NCBI GenBank assembly: GCA_964444715.1
Contig: CAYUIL010000001.1
Coordinates: 5,139 to 48,070 of the forward strand
Reading direction: 5' to 3'
DNA from: an uncultured Pirellulales bacterium
GTDB lineage: Bacteria > Planctomycetota > Phycisphaerae > Sedimentisphaerales > Anaerobacaceae
Length of the DNA stretch: 42,932 bases
The notes under the pieces were generated by a model. The model was not told where the DNA came from. It was given only the letters and a program-made list of their open reading frames with translations, and made no database searches. Below are positions 17,914-25,377 of the stretch, one piece after another. The translations under genes and the position numbers were made by a program. Each line of letters opens with the position of its first letter. Position 1 is the first letter of the stretch.

Positions 17914-19458
17914 ATGGCAACCAAACGTTTTCAGCCCCTTTCGATTTGCCGATATGGCAACTGCTTGATTTTGTTATCCCTTGCGATTTACTTTTTTTTC
18001 ATACCTTTCGTGCTGCTGATTTGCTATCTGGGCGACCCGGGGTTAAAAGGTCAAGGGGTGCCGAGGTTCACCTTTCGGGTACACAGACATTTAGCACCCA
18101 GATACGAGAGGTGGGCCCGGCAGCGTATCGGCTCCGACAAGGCAAAGGGGCTTGGCCTTGAAGAAATCGCAGCAACGGAATGGCCGGCCTTCGGGTCGGC
18201 CTTCTACCTTTGGGCCACGGAGGCCCTGCAGCAGGCGTGGGAACAGGATAAGACCCTTTCGCGCGTCGCGCCGAACGTATACGCCGCAGGGTCAATTGAG
18301 GCGGCGGCTGCCCTTATAGCCGACCCTGAGAATGCATCGTGGGTAAAAAAACACTGGGGCGAAGATTATTTGCACAAAGAAAACGTGTTTTATCGAATGC
18401 TGCTGATTGGGGGGCTAACGAACTACCATAAACTGTTGGGTGGAGATAAGTATCTTGGCCTGATACGAGACCAGGTTGAAACACTATCAAAAAAACTGGA
18501 TGAATCCAAGTATGGCCTGCTCGACGATTACCCCAGCCAGTGCTACCCGACCGATGTGGTAGCCGCAATCGCGGCAATAAAACGAGCCGATTCGCTCCTT
18601 GGGACCGACCATTCAAAATTCATAGCACGCTCAATCAGAGCATTTGGCAACGACCTCGTTGACTCAACAGGGCTACCACCATACTTCGCGGATGCCCAAA
18701 GCGGAAATATCGATATTACTCGCGGCTGTTCCAACCAGTGGGGCATCACCTGGGCTGCGGAGTTGTGGCCTGAGACAGCCAAAAACTGGTACGACAATTT
18801 TGAGAAATACTTCTGGCAAAACCATTGTGGGGCCGTTGGCTTTCGTGAGTTCCAAAAGGATACACGCGAAACGAAAAATTGGCACATAGATGTGGACTCA
18901 GGGCCAGTCATCGCGGGCTTCGGCATCTCGGCCTGCTCCTTTGGAATGGGTGCCGCACGGGCCGTCAATCGCTTCGACCATGCCTATCCGCTGGGTGCCG
19001 AAGTGCTTGTTGGCTCCTGGCCCCTGCTCGATGGAACATTGCTGACGGCAAGATTCCTGTCGAACGCGGCACATGCCCGGTATGTCGGCGAAGCGTGCCT
19101 GCTTTTTTCCTTCACTCGGATGCCACAGGATAAACCTGTTGTCGTAAAGGGCGGTCATTTACCTGCCGTGGTGTATGTGACTCTCGGCCTGTACCCGCTC
19201 GCTGGTCTTACGCTCGTTCTGGCAATGCTACAATCGCTGAAACAGTGGGAAAAAACGGCGTCAAAAAATATTTTTCGCCTTGAGTGGCTACAAGTAACCA
19301 TCTGGGCGGCCTTGTTAGCCACCGGGATTATAACTGCGACTTGTGTTAACCTGTTTTGCGGATTGTTGCTAATACTGCTTGCGCAGCTTCTGCCACGGTT
19401 TGCAAAGAACAAGGTAACGTGCACAGACAATGAGCCTGACGCACCAGCGATAAATTAA
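17914..19458 (+). CDS. Membrane-anchored linalool dehydratase/isomerase (LDI)-family-like protein, function unknown
   Basis: 514 aa with one N-terminal and about three C-terminal TM helices. The central ~350 aa resemble my recollection of Castellaniella Ldi: [17 protein letters not shown]..KY vs [39 protein letters not shown] vs [21 protein letters not shown] vs HGTDYRAA. This is a recollection, not a search result. Confidence 0.5.
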   Translation: [514 protein letters not shown]

Positions 19459-19459
19459 C

Positions 19460-20029
19460 CTACTCCTGTCCGGCCTGTTTATTGTCGCTCTCCGGTTGGG
19501 GCTCTTCCGGTTTTTTGGCGGCTTCTTCATGATGAGCTTGTAGAACCGCTTCTTTTTGAGCGGCCTTGAAGGCCTCGACATCGGCGCCTTCGGGAACCAC
19601 AACGACGCTGACCGTGGCCTTCAGGTCGTCTGCAAAACGCAAGTTGACGCTGAAAGTGCCGACCTGCTTTATATGCTCATCGAGTGCAACGACATCATCG
19701 GCGACCTCGAAGCCCTGGGCACGCAGGTTCTCGGCTATATCGTGCTTGAAAACCGAGCCGAACAGATGTCCCTGCTCATTAGCAGCAGCGGCGATAACGG
19801 CCTCAGCGCCGTTGACGGCCTGGGCGGCCTTTTCGAGCTGCTGGCGTTCGAGACGACGTTGTTCGACGCGCTTTGCCTTCTGTCCGGCGATTGCCTTTAT
19901 ATTCGTATCCGTGGCGGTCTTGGCAAGCCCCTGCGGAAAAAGGAAGTTTCTCGCGTAGCCGTCGGCGACCTCAACAACGTCACCGAGCCAGCCGAGTTTA
20001 TTTACGTCACCGGTTAGTAACACCTTCAT
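19460..20029 (-). CDS. rplI: 50S ribosomal protein L9 (with charged C-terminal extension)
   Basis: MKVLLTGDVNKLGWLGDVVEVADGYARNFLFPQGLA is a canonical L9 N-terminus. Confidence 0.9.
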   Translation of the reverse strand: MKVLLTGDVNKLGWLGDVVEVADGYARNFLFPQGLAKTATDTNIKAIAGQKAKRVEQRRLERQQLEKAAQAVNGAEAVIAAAANEQGHLFGSVFKHDIAENLRAQGFEVADDVVALDEHIKQVGTFSVNLRFADDLKATVSVVVVPEGADVEAFKAAQKEAVLQAHHEEAAKKPEEPQPESDNKQAGQE

Positions 20030-20050
20030 TTATAAATCTCCCGTAAATAA

Positions 20051-20085
20051 TAGCGTTTAGCGGATAGCGTAGCGCGTATACGCTG
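20051..20085. repeat. Heptamer array TAGCGTT TAGCGGA TAGCGTA GCGCGTA TACGCTG (rpsR-rplI spacer)
   Basis: Read directly from the sequence. It contains the palindrome CGTATACG. Confidence 0.6.
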
Positions 20086-20095
20086 TCTTTTTGGT

Positions 20096-20368
20096 TTAAG
20101 CACAGAACGGCAGAAGCGCCATATACCTTGCGCGCTTGATGGCCCTTTTGACCTTGCGCTGGCAGCCGGCACAGTTACCGCTGCGTTTGCGCGAGTATAT
20201 CTTGCCGCGATGTGTCAGCAGCTTCTGCAGGGTTTCGATGTCCTTGTAATCAACGTGCTTTTTGCCTCGCCTGCAAAACCGACACGGGGTTTGCTGCTGA
20301 GTGGACATCTTGCGGGTTCTGTCCGTCCTGTCCGTTCTGTTGTTTCTTCTTTCGTTAAATTCCGCCAT
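20096..20368 (-). CDS. rpsR: 30S ribosomal protein S18
   Basis: CRFCRRGKKHVDYKDIETLQKLLTHRGKIYSRKRSGNCAGCQRKVKRAIKRARYMALLPF. Confidence 0.9.
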   Translation of the reverse strand: MAEFNERRNNRTDRTDRTRKMSTQQQTPCRFCRRGKKHVDYKDIETLQKLLTHRGKIYSRKRSGNCAGCQRKVKRAIKRARYMALLPFCA

Positions 20369-20387
20369 ATTTCACCTGTTAAAAAAC

Positions 20388-20462
20388 CTCGTGTTTCGTT
20401 TATCGTCTTACGTTAAACGCAACCGTGACGAGCTGCGCAACCGCAACCTGATTACGCAACCG
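20388..20462. repeat. Heptamer-phased element in the ssb-rpsR spacer
   Basis: CG recurs every 7 nt at 20390, 20397, 20404, 20411 and 20418 (CTCGTGT TTCGTTT ATCGTCT TACGTTA AACGCAA). It is followed by three CGCAACC words. Confidence 0.6.
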
Positions 20463-20463
20463 T

Positions 20464-20925
20464 TCAAAACGGTATATCATCTTCGGCTGGGCGTGCTCCT
20501 TTTGGAGGCGATGCCTGACCAGAGTTATTCGGCTCGACCTGACTGTCCTGGGCGGCTTCACCGCCAGCCGGGGCGCCCGCTCCCGGCGCGCCGGGGCCGC
20601 CGCCGAGGAACTGGCAATTATCGACGTGGATTCTGTGTTTGCTGCGTTTTGAGCCGTCCTGTGCCGTCCACTGCTCAAACACCAGCCGACCCTCCACAAA
20701 AATGGGCCTGCCTTTGCGCATATACTTGTTGATGTTCTCAGCCAGCCGACTAAAGGCACGGCAGTCAACGAAGCAGGTCTCTTCTTTGCTCTCGCCGTCT
20801 TTGCCGGTCCACCTGCGGTTAACCGCCAGGCCGAACTCCACAACAGGGGTCTGACTGGGAAGATACGACAGTTGCGGGTCGCGGGTCAGATTACCCATCA
20901 GTAATACCTTATTAAAATTGGCCAT
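20464..20925 (-). CDS. ssb: Single-stranded DNA-binding protein
   Basis: OB-fold N-terminus MANFNKVLLMGNLTRDPQL, a Gly/Pro/Ala-rich linker and a canonical acidic tail DDIPF. Confidence 0.9.
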   Translation of the reverse strand: MANFNKVLLMGNLTRDPQLSYLPSQTPVVEFGLAVNRRWTGKDGESKEETCFVDCRAFSRLAENINKYMRKGRPIFVEGRLVFEQWTAQDGSKRSKHRIHVDNCQFLGGGPGAPGAGAPAGGEAAQDSQVEPNNSGQASPPKGARPAEDDIPF

Positions 20926-20942
20926 AAGTAACTCCTAATCTT

Positions 20943-21407
20943 CTATTGCGCTGCAGTGCTGACGTTATCGTCCGCCGCCAGCCCAGCTTGTTCCGGCTGT
21001 TGCTTTGTCTCAGCAGGTGAGGCACCCTGGTCTGCGGGCTGCCGGCCCCGCGTTGCAGGGGTGTCCTTCGCCATGTCTTCCTCGGTGAGGTGGTCGGCCC
21101 TGAGAATCAGCACTCGCATAATGCGTTCTGAAAGCTGCACGTCACGTTCGATATCGTGGATTTTTTGCCCGCTGACCCTGAAGTAGGTGAGTATATAGGT
21201 CCCGCGTGCACACCTTCTGATTGTGTAGGCCAACGGCCGTTCATCCCACTTTCGGATGGAGACGATTTCAGCATCGGCCTTGGTCAACATCTTCGTAACA
21301 AGCTCGATGATGCCGTCCCAGTCCCTTGCCGCTTCGGCTGAATCTATCAGGAACATACCTTCGTAGAGCTTTTTGACAGCAGTTTCCAAATCAGTTACCT
21401 CCAGCAA
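20943..21407 (-). CDS. rpsF: 30S ribosomal protein S6 (start uncertain)
   Basis: YEGMFLIDS....IRKWDERPLAYTIRRCARGTYILTYF is S6-like. It has the rpsF-ssb-rpsR-rplI order. The ORF-track start is a non-ATG codon, so the true start may be a few codons downstream. Confidence 0.85.
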   Translation of the reverse strand: MLEVTDLETAVKKLYEGMFLIDSAEAARDWDGIIELVTKMLTKADAEIVSIRKWDERPLAYTIRRCARGTYILTYFRVSGQKIHDIERDVQLSERIMRVLILRADHLTEEDMAKDTPATRGRQPADQGASPAETKQQPEQAGLAADDNVSTAAQ

Positions 21408-21441
21408 AAATCGCTAATTGTGTTCTTGTCATACGTGAAAA

Positions 21442-22017
21442 TCACTTTTCAAAACGATTGTGTTTCGTCATCGCCGCCTGGATACCTTCCTGAAGCCAGC
21501 AAAGTGCGGCGTCTTTAGCCCGCGTGACGCCCTCATTTATCAGGGCACCGTCATTTTTGTCCGGCTCGCCGAGCACATAGTCAACAGCATCGTCTGTCGG
21601 ACAGCGTCCGATGCCGATTCGCAGGCGTGGGACGTTATTTGTCCCGAGCTTGCCGAGCACGTCCGTCAGGCCGTTATGCCCGCCGGCGGAACCTTTGGCC
21701 CTCAGCCGGATTTGTCCCGGCTCAAGCCACATATCATCGAGGACCACGAGCACATCGCACAGGTGCAGTTTGTAAAAGGCGACTGCGTCGGCGACCGGCT
21801 GACCGCTGCAATTCATACACTGCCAGGGTTTAAGCAGCAGGACCTGCCGGCCGGCGAATTCGCCCTTGCCCAGCCGGGCGCCAAAGCTTCTTTTGCCAAT
21901 CTGTATGCCGAAGGCATCAGAAAGCGAATCGACCGTTTTGAAGCCAACATTGTGCCGCGTGTCGGCATATTTCTTACCGGGATTACCAAGACCAACTATC
22001 ATCTGCATACCAGGCAT
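21442..22017 (-). CDS. pth: Peptidyl-tRNA hydrolase
   Basis: IVGLGNPGKKYADTRHNVGF and GSAGGHNGL motifs. The start may be the third Met (MIVGLGNPG). Confidence 0.9.
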   Translation of the reverse strand: MPGMQMIVGLGNPGKKYADTRHNVGFKTVDSLSDAFGIQIGKRSFGARLGKGEFAGRQVLLLKPWQCMNCSGQPVADAVAFYKLHLCDVLVVLDDMWLEPGQIRLRAKGSAGGHNGLTDVLGKLGTNNVPRLRIGIGRCPTDDAVDYVLGEPDKNDGALINEGVTRAKDAALCWLQEGIQAAMTKHNRFEK

Positions 22018-22041
22018 ATCAGGGGCTCGCTAAATACAGCC

Positions 22042-22743
22042 CTACTTTTTCTCCTTCTCCTTATCTTCTTTTTTCTCCTTCGGCTCCTTCTGTTCTGCGA
22101 CGGCCTCTTTCCCTTCCTCTTCTTCCTCCTTGACCTCGGTTATAACCTCTGGTGCAACAGGCATCTCGGCCTCAAGCTCTTCGGTGGTCTTGACCTCAGC
22201 AACGAGGTGACAGGTCACCAGGAGCAATTCAGGCGGGCTTATCAGCTTGACCCCTTCGGGCAACTGGATGTCTTTGGCGTGCAAGGTATCCTCAAGGGCC
22301 ATTTCCTTGATGGACACCGATATATGCTCAGGAATCTCGGTGACGCGGCACTCGACCTCTACGCGGTCGGTATGCATCTCGACCATTCCGCCCTCGTGGG
22401 TGCCCTTTGCGGTGCCTTTAAGCTCTATCGGGATGGCCACGCGAACCAACTCGGTGACGTCCACGAGCATCAGGTCGGCGTGGATGATTTCCTTTCCGAG
22501 GTGGTCATACTGCACGTCCTTGACGAGCACGGTCTCGTGCTTTTCGCCTATCTGGACGTTCATCAGCCGGCGTCCACGATGCAACTCTTCGACGAAGCTG
22601 TGGCCATCCAGGGAGATTGCGACGGGCTGCTGCTTGTGGCCATAGACGATGGCCGGGATTTGGCCCTGTTTGCGCAACCTGGCTGCGTCCTTCGACCCCG
22701 AAGATGAGCGGACCTCGGCCTTTAACACCGATGCTTTATCCAT
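22042..22743 (-). CDS. rplY: 50S ribosomal protein L25/general stress protein Ctc (Glu/Lys-rich tail)
   Basis: RLRKQGQIPAIVYGHKQQPVAISLD is a typical L25/Ctc N-terminus. The gene sits immediately upstream of pth, as is common. Confidence 0.85.
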   Translation of the reverse strand: MDKASVLKAEVRSSSGSKDAARLRKQGQIPAIVYGHKQQPVAISLDGHSFVEELHRGRRLMNVQIGEKHETVLVKDVQYDHLGKEIIHADLMLVDVTELVRVAIPIELKGTAKGTHEGGMVEMHTDRVEVECRVTEIPEHISVSIKEMALEDTLHAKDIQLPEGVKLISPPELLLVTCHLVAEVKTTEELEAEMPVAPEVITEVKEEEEEGKEAVAEQKEPKEKKEDKEKEKK

Positions 22744-22768
22744 AATCTCCTCATAACAAACCGACTTT

Positions 22769-22835
22769 CATAAGTTCACAAGTCATAAGAGCATAAGTCA
22801 CAAGCACCCGTGCTCTTGTACAATGTTGCTCTTTT
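22769..22835. repeat. Heptamer words CATAAGT TCACAAG TCATAAG (A)GCATAAG TCACAAG, plus a partly complementary arm (prs-ctc spacer)
   Basis: Read directly from the sequence. The second arm GCTCTTG TACAATG TTGCTCT TTTGTTC is partly complementary, with a central AGCACCCGTGCT hairpin. Confidence 0.55.
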
Positions 22836-22839
22836 GTTC

Positions 22840-23787
22840 TTAAACGAACAAACTGCTGACTGACTCATTTCTGTGAATCCTTTTTATGGCCTCACCGACC
22901 ATAGCAGAGACCGTCAAGACCTTGACTTTTTTGAGCTTGGCGGCCTCAGAGGTCAGCGGTATGGTATCGGTAACCACGACTTCGTCGATAGACGCTTTGC
23001 TTAACTTTTCGACGGCGCCCGGTGCGAACACGCCGTGGGTCGCGCCGACATAGACATCCTTAGCGCCTCGTTCTTTGACCAGCTTGGCAGCGGAGCAGAC
23101 GGTGCCGGCGGTGGTAATCATATCATCGCACATAAGAATATTTCTGCCCTCGACGCTTCCTATAAGCTCCTGTGCCTGCACCTCGCTACCGCTGAGGCGC
23201 CTCTTGTGAATAATCGCCAAATCACCCCCGAGATGCGAGGCATAACGGGACGCGATTTTGATGTTGCCCACATCCGGGGAGATGACGGTGAGTTTCCCTA
23301 TTTTTTTATCGCGGAAATACTTGCTCAAAACAAGCTCGCCCGTCAGATGGTCCACCGGTATATCAAAGAAGCCCTGAAGCTGCTGGGCGTGGAGGTCGAT
23401 TGTGAGAACCCGGTCTGCACCGGCGGCGGTGATGAGGTTGGCGACGAGTTTTGCGGTAATCGGCACACGGCCCTCGTCCTTGCGGTCCTGGCGTGCGTAG
23501 CCGAAGTAAGGGATGACGGCTGTGACGCGCTTGGCGCTGGCCCGCCTGAGGCAGTCAAGATAAATCAGCAGCTCCATAAGATGCTCGTCCACCGGACTGC
23601 AGGTGGACTGAATCACGAAGCAATCTCTGCCTCGCACGTCGTCCTCGACGCGGATAATTTTTTCGCCGTCGGGAAATTTGTCTATCTGGCCTCCGCCGAG
23701 CGGAACATCAAGGTAACCACACACCGCTTTTGCCAGCGGCCCATTGGAGCTACCTGAAAATACCTTGATATCATCGTTTAGAAACAT
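22840..23787 (-). CDS. prs: Ribose-phosphate pyrophosphokinase
   Basis: VIPYFGYARQDRK, DLHAQQLQGFFDIPVDHL and the PRPP-binding loop ILMCDDMITTAGT. Confidence 0.92.
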   Translation of the reverse strand: MFLNDDIKVFSGSSNGPLAKAVCGYLDVPLGGGQIDKFPDGEKIIRVEDDVRGRDCFVIQSTCSPVDEHLMELLIYLDCLRRASAKRVTAVIPYFGYARQDRKDEGRVPITAKLVANLITAAGADRVLTIDLHAQQLQGFFDIPVDHLTGELVLSKYFRDKKIGKLTVISPDVGNIKIASRYASHLGGDLAIIHKRRLSGSEVQAQELIGSVEGRNILMCDDMITTAGTVCSAAKLVKERGAKDVYVGATHGVFAPGAVEKLSKASIDEVVVTDTIPLTSEAAKLKKVKVLTVSAMVGEAIKRIHRNESVSSLFV

Positions 23788-24994
23788 CGCTCACTCCCTT
23801 GTTACCCATCACGACTGCGCCGGGGTCGATATGGGCTCCGTCTTTAAGTTCAAGCGGCGCTATGAGTACCGAGCCGGAACCGATAAAGCAATTATCGCCT
23901 ACGGTGGTGCGGTTAATTTGCTTTCCGTCGTAATTAGCGGTAATCGAGCCGGCGCCTACGTTGACATTTTTGCCAATGGTAGCATCACCGATATAACTGT
24001 GGTGGCGTGCGCGGACACCCTCGGCGAGCGCCGAGTTTTTGACTTCCGTGAAGACGCCGAGCACGACATCGTCGCCTATATTAGTGCCGCTTCTCAGATG
24101 AGCAAACGGCCCGATACGGCAGTTTCTGCCTATGACGACCTGCCCGTATATGCAGGTGAACGGCTCAATGACTGTGTCCTGGCCGATTTGTGCCCTGATG
24201 TCTATCCAGGTATTAGGCGGGTCGACGATGGTTACGCCGTTTTCCATCAGTCGCTTCTGGATTCTTCGCTGCATAATCTTGCCGGCCTCGCTGAGCTGCT
24301 CACGGCTGTTGACACCCATTGCCTCCTCGGGCCGGACAGCAGTGACCGCGACGACCTTGTGTCCGCTTGCAATAATCAGAGCCAGCGCGTCGGTGAGATA
24401 AAACTCGCCTTTTACATTGTCGGGCTTTACGCGCTCGACATGCTCAAAAAGAATTTTATTGTCAAACAGATAATAGCTTGGATTGACCTCCTGGATTTTG
24501 AGCTGTTCCGGCGTGCAGTCGGCGTGCTCGATGATGCCCTGGATATTGCCGTAGGCGTCTCGGACTATACGTCCGTAGCCGGTTGCGTCTTCGAGGACGG
24601 CCGTGGCCAGGGTGGCGGCGGCGTGCTCGGCGTTATGCTTCTCGATAAGTGTCTTGAGCGTCTCGGTGCGAATGAGGGGGCCGTCGCCGCAAAGAACCAG
24701 CGTCTGCCCCGTAAAATCCTTCAGGTGCTCTCTGCAGCACATCACGGCGTGTGCGGTTCCTTTCTGCTGTTCCTGCTCAACCCACACAATATCGCCGGAA
24801 TCACCGAAACGCTCTCTGACGTGCTCGGAACTAAAACCCACAACAACGTACATCCTATCAACGCCGACTCCCCGGCAGGCATCCAGCACATACGAAAGCA
24901 TCGGCCGGCCGCATACCTCGTGCAGCACCTTCGCTATTTGGGTGTTCATCCTGCTGCTAATCCCTGCCGCCAGTATTATCCCAACTCTTTGCAT
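23771..24994 (-). CDS. glmU: Bifunctional GlcNAc-1-P uridyltransferase / GlcN-1-P acetyltransferase
   Basis: N-terminal IILAAGISSRMNTQIAKVLHEVCGRPML, then GTAHAV and YGRIV. The C-terminal left-handed beta-helix hexapeptides include NVGAGSITANYDG. I prefer ATG 24994 (MQRVGIILAAG) over 25042. The gene overlaps prs by 17 nt. Confidence 0.85.
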   Translation of the reverse strand: MQRVGIILAAGISSRMNTQIAKVLHEVCGRPMLSYVLDACRGVGVDRMYVVVGFSSEHVRERFGDSGDIVWVEQEQQKGTAHAVMCCREHLKDFTGQTLVLCGDGPLIRTETLKTLIEKHNAEHAAATLATAVLEDATGYGRIVRDAYGNIQGIIEHADCTPEQLKIQEVNPSYYLFDNKILFEHVERVKPDNVKGEFYLTDALALIIASGHKVVAVTAVRPEEAMGVNSREQLSEAGKIMQRRIQKRLMENGVTIVDPPNTWIDIRAQIGQDTVIEPFTCIYGQVVIGRNCRIGPFAHLRSGTNIGDDVVLGVFTEVKNSALAEGVRARHHSYIGDATIGKNVNVGAGSITANYDGKQINRTTVGDNCFIGSGSVLIAPLELKDGAHIDPGAVVMGNKGVSDVSKR

Positions 24995-24995
24995 A

Positions 24996-25052
24996 CTCGT
25001 TCTGCGTATATCGTATTGCGTGACGCACGACGCATCACGCACGACTCACAAC
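24996..25052. repeat. Heptamer-phased array (..CGTNN x4, then ACGCAYS x3-4) between tRNA-Gln and glmU
   Basis: ACGCACG ACGCATC ACGCACG ACTCACA at 25023-25050. It is preceded by CG every 7 nt at 24998, 25005, 25012 and 25019. Confidence 0.6.
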
Positions 25053-25056
25053 AAAA

Positions 25057-25128
25057 CTACCCGGCCAGGACTCGAACCTGGAATGGGAGGACCAAAACCT
25101 CCTGTGTTACCGATTACACCACCGGGTA
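25057..25128 (-). tRNA. tRNA-Gln (anticodon UUG), CCA not encoded
   Basis: Manual cloverleaf. Acceptor TACCCGG/CCGGGTA with discriminator G; D stem GTGT/ACAC; anticodon stem GGAGG/CCTCC with loop TT-TTG-GT; 4-nt variable loop; T arm CCAGG-TTCGAGT-CCTGG. The U1-A72 and G73 fit Gln identity. Confidence 0.85.
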
Positions 25129-25130
25129 AT

Positions 25131-25206
25131 GATTGCGGATTCCGGATTGTAGATTGTGGACTTCATTACAATCCGCAATCCGAAATCTACAATCTGCAAT
25201 CAATCC
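25131..25206. repeat. Long heptamer-built hairpin abutting the 5' end of tRNA-Gln
   Basis: GATTGCG GATTCCG GATTGTA GATTGTG (25131-25158) faces TACAATC CGCAATC CGAAATC TACAATC TGCAATC (25167-25201). 25131-25151 pairs with 25167-25187 at 19 of 21 positions, with a 15-nt loop. Confidence 0.8.
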
Positions 25207-25377
25207 ACGTTGTCACGGAGGCCATTCTGGGTCGGCCCGACTGGGCTACCGTCGGAGGCCTGAGTCAACCACGCCGTGATACTGCTGACCCATACCGCCC
25301 CTTGCGACGGAGCTAAGCGGGAGTACTATACCCCCTCGGTCCCAGGATGGCAATCCTTATTTTAAAAAAATCGAGTG

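Noticed and set aside
19456-19462. Convergent LDI-like gene and rplI stop codons separated by a single nucleotide, with no terminator.
   Set aside because: It is a real observation but unremarkable on its own, and nothing further in the sequence supports a functional claim.
21460-22707. 415-aa ORF on the + strand.
   Set aside because: It is antisense to the confidently identified pth and L25/ctc genes. The composition is low-complexity (runs of L, F and R), typical of a shadow ORF in GC-rich coding DNA.
24995-25042. ORF-track 5' extension of glmU.
   Set aside because: It is read out of the heptamer array. The canonical GlmU N-terminus (MQRVGIILAAG) starts at 24994.
23744-25129. 461-aa ORF on the + strand.
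   Set aside because: It is antisense to glmU and runs straight through the tRNA-Gln gene. It has no recognisable motifs and is a shadow ORF.
25131-25202. Apparent 'unit-wise reverse-complemented but order-preserved' relation between the two heptamer arms (also at 30463-30575).
   Set aside because: Ordinary hairpin pairing explains both loci just as well: 19 of 21 positions at 25131-25151 vs 25167-25187, and an 11-bp exact pairing at 30470-30480 vs 30558-30568. With so few distinct units, the ordering pattern could be coincidence.
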